Source: Eledone cirrhosa
Taxonomy: Eukaryota
DNA length: 64,000 nt
Direction of reading: 5' to 3'
Assembly: GCA_964016885.1 (NCBI GenBank)
Contig: OZ024742.1
Location: forward strand, 252,278,001 to 252,342,000
Program-made: the position numbers and the translations under genes
The notes under the pieces: generated by a model
The model's database searches: none
The model's input: only the letters and a program-made list of their open reading frames with translations
Told to the model about the DNA's origin: nothing
In this document: piece by piece, positions 52,680 through 64,000 of the stretch
How positions within the stretch are numbered: position 1 is the first letter of the stretch
Layout of the letters: each line of letters opens with the position of its first letter

Positions 52680-52799
52680 ATGTATGTTTATTTGTGTGCT
52701 TGTGTGTGTTGTGTGTGTGTGTGTTTGAATTTCTTTACTTTTTTTAAGTAAAGAAATTCAAACACACACACACACACAAGCACACAAATAAACATACAT
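52680..52799. repeat. Inverted repeat at the end of a PLE-like insert
   Basis: atgtatgtttatttgtgtgcttg..gaatttctttactt / aagtaaagaaattc..caagcacacaaataaacatacat. Confidence 0.9.
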
Positions 52800-52904
52800 G
52801 GTACCATGTGACGACAAGTGCAGAGAGATCTCCAGATATAATGCAATGCCTGTGCCGTGAAGCATACATACATACATACATACATACATACATACATACA
52901 TACA

Positions 52905-52957
<53 letters not shown>

Positions 52958-53284
52958 TATGGAATACTGTTGGCTTCTTGCTACAATAATTTCTATACTT
53001 TTCATTTATATATATATATATATATATATATATCTATATATATTTCGTTGACAAATATATCAATATGCCCAGACATGATCCCTGCCATGGTGTATGGATG
53101 AAACACTGTTAGCTAATAAAACAATGTATTTCTAAGCACTCTTTGGTTGTTCCTATAACTAATATATATATATATATATATACATATACATACAGTGATT
53201 TACTGGAGCTAATCCTCTGTGAAATATGCATAGCAGGTTGATACACAATAACTATTTTTTATATGTAAACAAAACGTTTTTTTC

Positions 53285-53324
<40 letters not shown>

Positions 53325-53327
<3 letters not shown>

Positions 53328-53910
53328 AAAATGGGGAGAAAAATACGGCTGGTAGCACATGGATAACATGTAATAAAATAAGTCCCTCATCAGTGATTTG
53401 CCGACGATCATAGATATTTCATTGCATTAAAAATCATATACCTCACGTCGGTGCAATAATAACTAAATTAAGTTATTAGGACAATTAAAACGCGTAAAGC
53501 GAGTGAGACAGGAAAACAACAAAGAGTAGAGCTAACCGTAGAGGAAGGAAACAAGCTTCATAGTTATTCTGTTAGCATAAGCTAGGTGAATATATGAGCG
53601 CTTAGAAAAAAGACCTTTCGCGAACGAATGCAATGTAAGAAAGAGAGAAATTGCTTTCGTTGCGAACGGGGTGAAGTGAGGAGAGGAGAAACAGTGAGTG
53701 AGTGAGTGGAAGTGTGAGGAAGAGTTAACTGACATGACAGAGGGGGCGAAAGAAAGTAGGAGAAACAGAGAGAATGAGGGAGCAGTAAGAGAGAGAGAGA
53801 AAAAAACAGAATCGCAGTTTAGGTAAATATATGTGAGAAAATGGGGAGAAAAATACTGCTGGTAGCACATGGATAACATGTAATAAAATAAGTCCCTCAT
53901 CAGTGATTTG
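53325..53910 (-). mobile_element. Non-coding partial-tandem element, same architecture as 897-1580
   Basis: Direct repeat 53328-53400 / 53838-53910 (period 510), CT-rich interior on the minus strand, TA tracts on both sides. Confidence 0.7.
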
Positions 53911-54095
53911 ATATATATATATATACTTCGTTTTTGAATTTGTTTTGCAAGATTTCTTATCTGAAAACGTGTGTTGAAATAGATATTGTTATAATTTGGG
54001 AGGGTCATGCTGCCAATAAAAACACACGCACCTGTTGGTTTCAACTTCAATTTATTATAAATTTCCGGTTGGTTGGTTGGTTGGTTTGATATATT

Positions 54096-54138
54096 GTTAA
54101 AGCACTTTCATCACATATTCTGTGACCTCCTCAGTGAC
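54096..54138 (-). ncRNA. Minimal hammerhead motif
   Basis: gtca CTGAGGA g GTCACA gaata TGTGAT GAAA gtgc TT taac; its flank 53983-54155 matches 31095-31275. Confidence 0.72.
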
Positions 54139-54157
54139 TGGGTTTTTATCTATGATA

Positions 54158-54189
<32 letters not shown>

Positions 54190-54190
54190 A

Positions 54191-54222
<32 letters not shown>

Positions 54223-55006
54223 AAGGGTGAGGATGATGCTGATGATGATGGCAACCATGCTGGTTACTTCTTTATTGTATCTATTATATGTGGGTACTCT
54301 GTAGTTTGTAGGCCATTCCTTGAGTAAGGCATTATGGGAATGAGTGAGTTAGAAAAGAGTCCTCAATATAAATGTAAAAACAACAGAGATGGAATCTAGA
54401 TGGCTATGGTTGAAAAGAAGAGATCAGTTGGATAAATAAGATACAAGTTAGGTACTAGATCAAGCTTGATCAACGTTGGTTGTATCTTGTAAGACCTGAT
54501 ACAACCAATGTCTTCAGGATACAACACTGAAGTTGTGTCCCAGTATTTGTATCTTTAGATGAATATGAAGAACTATAAATGATATCCTTTGTAAAAGTTG
54601 CATGACATTATAAACAGACTGTACATTACTCTATAATACTGATCAGACAGAAATACTGACTGGTTAAGAAAATAATAGTCAACGGATTTTCTTTTTTTCT
54701 TTCTTTCCTTCTTTCTTTCATTCTTTGTTTCTTGTTTTCATTTCTTTTTCTTTTTTTTTGTGTGGTAAAAGAGAGACATCTAAAATAGAAACTAGCAATT
54801 GATGCAATTCTGATAGTTTAGTCTTTAACTTTCAAAAATAAAACAGAGCATAACAGAGAAACAAACAGTTTAATTGCTTACAGTGAAAGGAAAAGTTCTT
54901 CCAATTTCACCATGGAAAGAAAATTGGTGGAGTAGACTAAAATTTCTTGAGCTAATTACTTTTTCTTATTTTAATTTATTTCCTTTTAAAATTTTTCTTT
55001 CTTTAT

Positions 55007-55075
<69 letters not shown>

Positions 55076-55437
55076 CTCTCACTCTATTACTCTTCCTTTA
55101 TCACTCTATTACTCTCCCTTTATCACTCTTCTATTGCTCTCCCTTTCTTTATCACTTCACCACCACCGCCGCCACCTCCACTGCCACCAGATAAAAACTG
55201 GTTGTTCTCATTCTCTAACTTATTCTTTTTTCTTTTTTTTTCTTTGTGTCTGTGTGTCCATGTTTCTTGTGAGTATTTGTTTATATATGTATACCCATAC
55301 CAGCATGGAAAGTAGACAGACAGATGATGATGATGATGATGATGATGATAATGATGATGATGATGTCTGTGTGTGTGGATCATGCACATATATATATGTG
55401 TGTGTCTGTGTGTGTATGTGTATATACATACCTATGC

Positions 55438-55471
<34 letters not shown>

Positions 55472-55511
55472 GTGTGTGTCTGTGTGTGTATGTGTATATA
55501 CATACCTATGC

Positions 55512-55638
<127 letters not shown>

Positions 55639-55662
55639 CGTATATATATATGTGTGTGTATA

Positions 55663-55694
<32 letters not shown>

Positions 55695-55726
55695 CACACA
55701 CATATACACACACATATATATATACG

Positions 55727-55756
<30 letters not shown>

Positions 55757-55761
<5 letters not shown>

Positions 55762-56595
55762 GAAAGGCAGGTTGTACGATGCCTGCATACGAACAGCAAT
55801 GTTGCATGGCAGTGAGACCTGGGCATTGTGTGCAGAGGATATACGCAGACTAGAGAGGAACGAAGCTTGCATGCTCCGCTGGATGTGTAACAGTAATATA
55901 CGTGAACGGCAAAGCATAAACGAACTAAGGAAAAAATTAGAAATAAGAGGGATCAGATGTTGTTTACTCGAGAGAAGGCTACGTTGGTATGGACACGTGA
56001 TGCGCATGAAAGTCGATAGCTGTATAACAAAGTGCAGGGCAATAAAGATAGACGGTAGCCACGGAATAGGCAGACCTAGAAAAACCTGGGACGAGCTGAT
56101 AAACTCCGACCTCACACACTTACACCTCTCCAAGACAATGTCACTGGACCGAGACCTTTGGCGGTACTCAGTAACAGAGAAGACCCGCCTTACCTAAATA
56201 CATAGTAAAACCTACTACAGCCAGTAGGCATCTCTAACAAAATACACCCCCCCCCCGTCCCACCACCCCCACCCCATCCACACCACCCCATTCTATGTAA
56301 AGTTATGTTGGTGCCACACCATCCAGGCCGAAACAAATGAGATCGTGTAGGTGTCACGACAAAAAAACACACAGTCCACGCTGTATTGTGGCCGTGTAGG
56401 CAACACGGTAAAAACCTCCCAGACCCACACTGTAAATGTGGTTGGTGTTAGGAAGGGCATCCAACTGTAGAAAACCTGCCAGACAGTCCTATGCGAGCAA
56501 GACAATCACTCTTGCCTCAAGTGGGACTACCCCCGTCCAAACCCATGCAAGCGTGGAACACGGACGTTAAACGTTGATGATGATGATGATGATGA
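55757..56595 (+). mobile_element. 5'-truncated RTE LINE (young family)
   Basis: [21 protein letters not shown].., 3' UTR, (ATG)n tail. Confidence 0.96.
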
Positions 56596-56717
56596 TATAT
56601 ATATATATACATATACATATATATATATATACATATATACATATATATACATATATATATGCATATATACATATATACATATATATATATGTATATATTT
56701 ATATATGTATATATGTG

Positions 56718-57030
56718 TCATCATCACCGTTTTACGTCCATTCTTCCACGCTAGCATGGGTTAGACGGGTTGTCCAGCTGTGGGCAGTGTCCGGTCGGCT
56801 GACCTTGTCTTGCTCATACGGCAACTGATACTGGCTTGATTTCTACAGCTGGATGCCCTTCCTAACACCAACCTCATTTACAGTGACTGCTGGGTGCCTT
56901 TTTCCCGTAGCGCCTACACGTCCACTTTACAGTGTGGGCTGGGTGCTTTTATGCTGTGGCACCTCCATGACCACTTTGCAGTGGGAGGGGGTGGGGCATA
57001 TTGTCTATATGTTTCAGCTTCGGCTTGTAT
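56718..57030 (-). mobile_element. RTE 3' UTR fragment
   Basis: Reverse complement of the UTR at 28600-28863. Confidence 0.85.
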
Positions 57031-57071
57031 ATATGTATCTCTCTCTCTCTCTATATATATATATATGGAGG

Positions 57072-57102
<31 letters not shown>

Positions 57103-57121
57103 GGAGGCACATGGCTCCTAT

Positions 57122-57470
57122 GGAGGCACATGGCTTAGTGGTTAAAGCATTGGCCTTGCAATCGAAAGGTTGTGAGTTCAATTCTCAGACTGGGTGATGT
57201 GTGTTGTTTCCTTGAGCAAGACACTTTATTTCACATTGCTCCAGTTTACTCAGCTGTAGAAATGAGATGATAGGGACTGGGGTCCATATCATTCCATTGC
57301 AAAGTGGTCGTGGAGGTGCCACGGCAAAAAAGCACCCAGCACTCACTGTAAATGAGGTCGGTGTTAGGAAGGGCATCCAGCTGTAGAAATCAAGCCAGAA
57401 TCAATTCCCGTCCCACCCTTGCAAGCAGGGAAAAAGCGGACGTAAAATGAAATGATGATGATGATGATGA
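57122..57470 (+). mobile_element. SINE family B
   Basis: Near-identical to 46521-46863. Confidence 0.9.
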
Positions 57471-57570
57471 TATATATATATATATGTATATATGTATATA
57501 TGTATATATATGTATATATATATAATATAAAACGAAAAATCAGTGATGCATCTGAACTCATATATATATA

Positions 57571-59005
57571 CTAGCTGGCCCGTCCGGCTGGCGCCCGGCT
57601 AGGTATACTGGCATTTTATCTTTTCAAGAATCCCCCTTACACTCCAGTGCAAAGATACCGCATGCCCTCTCAAGTCAGTGAGGGGGCGGAGGGGGGGGGG
57701 GGGTTAACGTGCTCTGATGTTGGGTTTGAATAGTTTTTAGGATTCCCCAGTTCAGCAGCCAGTACGTTAAAGAAAATTGATAGTTACAACAATAAAGGCT
57801 GAACAGAGAACACATTTTTTAACAAACAATAATTTGTACAACCATAATGGAAATTCCAAGTAACAGAAAATATTTAAATTACATTGTTAGAGCCTCAGAG
57901 TATACAATATTTTTTGTTCGGCCCTCCGGAGCAAAGATGAAGAGATTGTTTGGCGAGCTCACCCTAGAGCATCCTACATACAATTGACCATGGGAGAATC
58001 ACTGATTTTGTAGCTCGTCTCACGGAGAAGCTCTGTAGACGTTGACCTCTGGACACTCCTGTCAAGAGCTGGTAAGCTGTAGTGACTTAGAAGCCTACCA
58101 CCAATCTCCAGGACACTGTTTTCAAGACAAATGAGTGCCTCATTGAAAACGACATCGTATGTTATGTTTGGATTGTGTCTGCGTGTGTGGTGGAGGATGT
58201 ACTCAGCTAGACTTTCATGGTGGTTGTTCCACAGTGCGAGATGGTCGGCGAGATCACAATTGTGCAGCATAATAGCAAAAGGTTTTCGCAGCTGAGAAGG
58301 GACTTTAGCAGTTGCTGCTTCTTGCAGGGTGAGGTACCAATGGCTGTCACCGTGTAACATACCACACATCTGGCAAGCCAAATGGTAAGTGGAACATTGA
58401 TGGCCATTGTTGGTTCTCAGATCTTGGAAAGATTGTGCTCCTCTAACCTCGGACAGTAACAATGACGATAAGCTGTCGTGCTTTCGTGAAATAAATAGAT
58501 TTTTGTTTTTGTGTATGCAAAAATATCTGTAGACAAATATATATATTAAAATAACAGATTAAAGTTTAAGCAAAGAATCGCTGCTTTCACCCTTAACGGG
58601 ATCTTTTGAAACTAAAAAAATCCGTCTGTGAACGCAGAAGTAAATATTTCGAAAAACGTTATCTAATGCAGACAGTCAGACGTACAGAGACATATTATAA
58701 GGGTGCTACGTTATAGCTATGTATCTATCTAAAAAGACAGACTAAGAAAGAGAGGGGAATGTTGTGCGACGTCATAAGAAAAAGTCAGGAATGACGTATA
58801 ACCGGAAGTGTTGACATTTGAAATTTTAAAGATGTGAATATTTAAATAATGTCTTTAATCTTTTAACAAAATTCAGTAGACAAAAATACCCCCATTTTTT
58901 TACTTGGAAAAAGTTACATCAATGGTGCAAATTTGGTGCTGTTTGGTCCAGCCGTTTGGTGGAAAGTTTGTTACATACATACGGCCGTCAGCTTTATAGT
59001 ATAGA
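57571..59005 (-). mobile_element. Helitron deletion derivative
   Basis: A|TCTATACTATAAAG at 59005; hairpin and CTAG|T at 57571; VRGAQSFQDLRT..LQEAA..QLR; FSHGQLYVGCSRV..TKNIVY. Confidence 0.92.
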
Positions 59006-59071
59006 TACATAAATATATATATATATATACATATATATACATATATATATATACTCACAGACATATATATA

Positions 59072-59963
59072 CAGGGTGTTGACGATATTTGTTCGCAATT
59101 TTCAACTGCTAATTTTGTGCAAATCTTTTTTACTTCTGTTGTCACACTTGTCTTCATAAAAACAGTGACTATATTTCCATTATTTATTTTCAGAATAATT
59201 GATTATGAATAATTTTGAACCTCCAAATTTGTGGAAGAGTCACAGAGTCCTTCTTGGAATCCGTGCCAGGAGCACAAATAAGGCCAGAAGATCAACTCCC
59301 AGAACAACAGGTGGCTCGCTGTCTCATCCAAAGATGTGCCCAGAGTCATGCAGACAAAGATTCCAGCGGCAACATTGGTCTTAGGTGTCGTCAGCAGTCA
59401 AGGTGACGTCATGCCACCTCACTTCTTCCCTGAGGGCCTCAAGCTGAACACCGATGGCTACATCCACGTTCTGAGCGAGGTGGTAAAGCCCTGGATCGAC
59501 CAAGTAGCTGCAGGTAGGCCGTATGTGTGGCAGCAAGACTCAGCGCCCTGCTATACCAGCTGAAAGACCCAAGCCTGGCTGTCAGAGAATTTCGTCGACC
59601 ACACTTCACCTGACATCTGGCCTCCCAGCTCGCCTGACTGCAACCCCCTCGACTTCTTTGTGTGGGGTGCAGTGGAATGAGACACCAACAGATCTAGCTG
59701 AAATATGAAAGCCGATCTGAAGGCCAGGATCACAAGTGCCTTTAGGGGCCTAAGTCGGGGGACAGTGACGAAGGCCTGTAGCCGGTCCCGAGGCCACCTT
59801 GCGGCTGTCATCAAAGCTAATGGAGGGTTTATCAAGTGAGATCGAAAGAACAATTCATGAAGACAAACTGACCCAAGTTTGATAAGTAAATCTTAAAAAA
59901 TAAAACTACTGTGTTATTTTTTCCTAGACAGTAATCTTGCGAACAAATATCATCCACACCCTA
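59072..59963 (+). mobile_element. Tc1/mariner DD37D (maT-type) deletion derivative
   Basis: ~27-bp TIRs with TA flanks; QQDSAP..WPPSSPDCNPLDFFVW with 37 residues between the second and third D. Confidence 0.9.
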
Positions 59964-60099
59964 TATATATATACGTATATATATGTGTATATATATATAT
60001 ACGTATATATACGTATACATATATATACATATACCTATATATATACATATAGATATATACGTATATATATATACGTATATATATATATACATAAACAGC

Positions 60100-63000
60100 A
60101 ATAACACTAACCATGTTAGGGCTGCACACGGTAGTTGTGTGGCTAGTGAGGCCATGTGTGAGAACCCCACGACCGTCATCAAGCAATCACACAACAGGAA
60201 AAAGAACGAGACGTCGCATCTCAGAGTTGCCACACTAACAGGTAGATCTGGTGAGATAGCGGAGATGCTGGAGAGAAGGCATGTGGATGTGTGCTGTGTG
60301 CAAGAGGTGCGATGGAGAGGTGCCTCTGCAAGACTAATCGCAGGCAAACATCGTAGTTATAAGCTTTTCTGGGTGGGTAATGATAATGTGTTAGGTGGGG
60401 TGGGCATATTACTGGCTGAGAGGTGGATCAATAAGACAATAGAGGTAATTAGAGTTAGTGATAGAATAATTAAGCTTAGATTAGTTGTAGGCAAGAGACT
60501 ACTGACAATCATCTCTGCCTATGCTCCCCAGACACGCCTAGGCAAAGAAGAGAAGGACTGCTTTTACGAGCAACTTTTAGAAACAGCCTCAATAACAGAG
60601 GATGGAGACATTGTTATGCTAGCAGGGGACTTCAATGGACATGTTGGACAGCTCCAGGATGGATACACTGGGGTACATGGTGGGCACGGTTACGGCTCAA
60701 GAAATGAAGAAGTGACACTTCTTGAATTTTGTGATGCAAATGCACTAACCATTTGCAACACTAACTTCCAGAACCCTACCAACCACCTAATAACCTACAA
60801 ATCAGGTGAGCACATAAGCCAGATTGACTTCCTCCTAGTTAGACAGCGAGACAGACAGATGGTGTCAAATACTAAGGCATATCCTAGGGAAGAATGTACC
60901 CCCACAGCATAGGTTAGTCGTTAGTGACATCTCAGTAAGCATGAGAAAGAATGAGACATACAGGAAGGTGTGAAAAAGAAAGGTCTAGAAGCTAAAAGAC
61001 CTTTCATTAAAATATAAATTTACCAAAGCCCTTCAAGATGTGTATGACGAAAAAGAAGATGATTTAGAGTCGTATGACATAGATGATAACTGGAATTTCT
61101 TACTTGACAACTTACTGCAGGCTACTGAAGAAACTTGTGGTTGGGGTAGAGCTTCAACAGACAGAGAGTGATCTGGTGGTGGAACAGCATGGTAGATAGG
61201 GCCATTAGAGACAAAAGACTGGTATGGAAGGCTTGGAAAAATGGTGAGAGTAGGGAAGCTAGATGTCAGGTGTACTTAGCACACAGGGAGGCTGAGAGTA
61301 GGAGGTTTGCTAATTTTCTGTGACGGGAAGATCAGAGACGTGCGGTATTCCGCATTTCAAGGCAGTGTGTCAGTGCAAATCAGGATGTTGCTGGAGATAA
61401 ATGTGCCTGGAATGATGCCGGTGTACTTAGTGTCACAAATGATCAAAAAAAGGAGGCCTGGAAATGTCACTATGAGAGACTGATGAATGTGGAGAATGAA
61501 TGGGACAGAGAGAAATTACCCCAGTAGACCCAACAGAGGGACCAGCTATTGAGATTGACGAATATAGGGTACAAAAGGCAATTAAAGAAATGAAGAATGG
61601 AGATAGTTGCTGAGATGCTGAAGGCATCAGCTGAAGTAGGTATTAAACTAGTTGCACGCATCCTCAATCAAGTTATATATGGTGGTGCCATACCCAAAGA
61701 CTGGTGCAGCAGTATTCTCATAAATTGCTACAAAGGTAAAGGGGATGCTCTAGAGAGGAGCAATTATAGGGGCATAAAGCTGATGGATCAGGTTATGAAA
61801 GTGGCAGAGAGAATATTAGCGCAACTGATTAGAGAAAGGGTCAAATTAGATGAGATGCAGTTTGGTTTTGTGCCTCGGAAAAGTACAACAGATGCTCTCT
61901 TTTTAGTGAGGCAACTACAAGAGAAGTTCTTAGAGAAGAATAAGCCACTATACTTAGCTTTTGTTGACCTAGAGAAGGCCTTTGATAGGGTCCCCCAATC
62001 TGTCATCTGGTGGTCCCTAAGGAAACTAAGTGTAGAGGAATGGCTTGTGAGAGCAGTGCAAGCTATGTACAGGGGTGCTGTCAGTAAAGTGAGAGTAGGT
62101 ATGGAGTTTAGTGGGGAATTCCAGATACAAGTAGGTGTACATCAGGGTTCGGTCCTCAGCCCGCTCTTGTTCATTATAGTCCTCCAAGCCATGGGAACTT
62201 CTCTATGCTGATGATCTGGCTCTTATAGCAAAATCAGTAGAGGAGCTAGAGAATAAATTCTGGCTATGGAAACAGCAGTTGGAAGCAAGAGGACTGAGAG
62301 TGAACATAGCTAAGACAAAAGTGTTGATAAGTAGAAGAGAGGACAATACTCCGATTCCATCAGGGAAATGGCCATGTTCGATATGTAGGAAAGGAATGGC
62401 ATAAATTCCATAAAATGTACGCAATGCAGATCTTGGGTACACAAGAGATGTAGTGGGATAGCAGGCAAACTAATAGGTAGGGAAAACTATGTATGTAGTA
62501 GATGTACAGGGAAAGTTAACAGTATTAATCGCAGTGATAGACACATTTTTCCAATACAGGTGGGTTCTATAGAAGTGGTTGATAGCTTCTGGTACCTAGG
62601 TGATCAGATTAGCATGGGAGGCGGGGGGGGGGGGGGGGGGGGTCCGAGGCCATAGTTTAGAATAAGGACGGGTTGGAGGAACTTTAGGGAGCTGCTTCCT
62701 TTGTTGACAAAGAAGGGTTTCTCCCTGCGTACAAAAGGACGGTTATATGATGCCTGTGTGAGATGCGCGATGCTGCATGGTAGTGAGACATGGGCGGCAA
62801 CTGCAGAGGATATGCGACGGCTGGAGAGAAATGAAGCAAGTATGCTCCGTTGGATGTGCAATGTCAATGTGCCTGAACGACCAAGCATAGACGAGTTGAG
62901 AAAGAAACTGGGTATAAGAGGGATAAGTTGCGGTGTGCAGGGGAGAAGGCTGAGATGGTATGGACATGTGATGTGCATGGAGGATGACCACTGGGTGAAG

Positions 63001-63217
63001 AAGTGCCAAGAAATCCCTGTAGAAGGAAGTCACAGTAGAGGTAGACCACATAAAACATGGGCAGAGCTGGTGAGAGCAGACCTCAGATCGCTGAAACTCA
63101 CCGAGGAGATGACGAAGGACCGTGACAAGTGGAGAGATGCTGTGTTGAATAGGACCTGTCCAACCCTTGCAAGAGGAAAAAGCAGACGTAAAATGATGAT
63201 GATGATGATGATGATGA
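60100..63217 (+). mobile_element. Decayed near full-length RTE LINE (second family)
   Basis: Endonuclease ORF to 60912, RT 61597-62211, PHD remnant, C-terminus 62701-63190, (ATG)n tail. Confidence 0.95.
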
Positions 63218-63611
63218 TATATATATATATAATATAACATGTATATGGATGTATGCATACAGTATATTAAATAAGATGGAATGCAAGCAAAGAGGGGCAC
63301 CTCCGCTCCATCTAGGAGGATGACACTGCTGGTTATGCCTAGCGGAAGCAGTGGAAATAATAAAACTGAAAAAAAAACGGTATAAACGTGAGGCCTCAAA
63401 TCTTGATGAACTGTGTGCACCAGCACACCCACCTGTTCAACAGTTACATGGATGAGCAGAACCTAAGAAAACCAAGTAATTCACAGCCATATATCGACCA
63501 AACACACAGGCAAGCGAAAGAAATCTATTTGTACACTCTTCTTCTACTTATAACTCTTTATATACATCTGTACACAATCTCTTAATTATTACAGTCATTA
63601 TTATTACCAAG

Positions 63612-63806
63612 CGGCCATTGGATTGACAGTATCAGTAGAGGGTCGGACGCCATGCTTTCCAGCATAGTTACGTCCCTTTACGATCTGAGTTCAAATCCCG
63701 CCAAGGTTGACTTTGCCTTTCATCCTTACGGGGTCGATAAAATAAAGTACCAGCAATGTACTGGATAATTGCCGGCCTTGTGCCAAAAGTAGAAACAATT
63801 ATTATT
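63612..63806 (+). mobile_element. SINE family A
   Basis: Family A consensus motifs. Confidence 0.85.
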
Positions 63807-64000
63807 ACCTCTGCTATATGTATGTACATGGGTGTATGTGGGGGCATGTACCAATGAGTGTGTCCCCGCGACTCCACACATATATAGGCAGATGTATGTC
63901 TGTTTATACATGTATATGGGCATGCACACAGGCATGTGCATGTATGTTTATATATATATGTATATATGTGTGCCTGTATGTATATGTATATGTACGTATA

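Noticed and set aside
53070-53240. Half-hammerhead strings (gaaacactgtt, gaaatatgcata)
   Set aside because: No CUGAnGA partner; too degenerate to call.

Overview
AT-rich eukaryotic DNA made almost entirely of repeats; no host protein-coding gene, rRNA, tRNA gene or CRISPR array is supportable. The mix of (TA)n tracts, PHD-bearing RTE LINEs with (ATG)n tails and two tRNA-headed SINE families suggests an octopus genome (inference). Recognisable elements: one near-intact RTE LINE (20814-24403, minus) plus many truncated copies, a decayed Gypsy element, a young non-autonomous LTR element, two Helitron derivatives, a decayed Penelope-like element (PLE), and maT, Tigger/pogo, hAT, piggyBac-type, CRE, Rex3-like and CR1 remnants. 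The main unannotated signal is RNA-structural. At least seven loci, mostly short non-coding inserts in (TA)n, carry hammerhead ribozyme (HHR) motifs from several sequence families, often inside fold-back palindromes. Two further ~0.5 kb partial-tandem elements (897-1580 + and 53325-53910 -) share a covarying pseudoknot ending in CTGATGAG that does not fit a canonical hammerhead. All folds were read by eye, and boundaries of decayed repeats are approximate.
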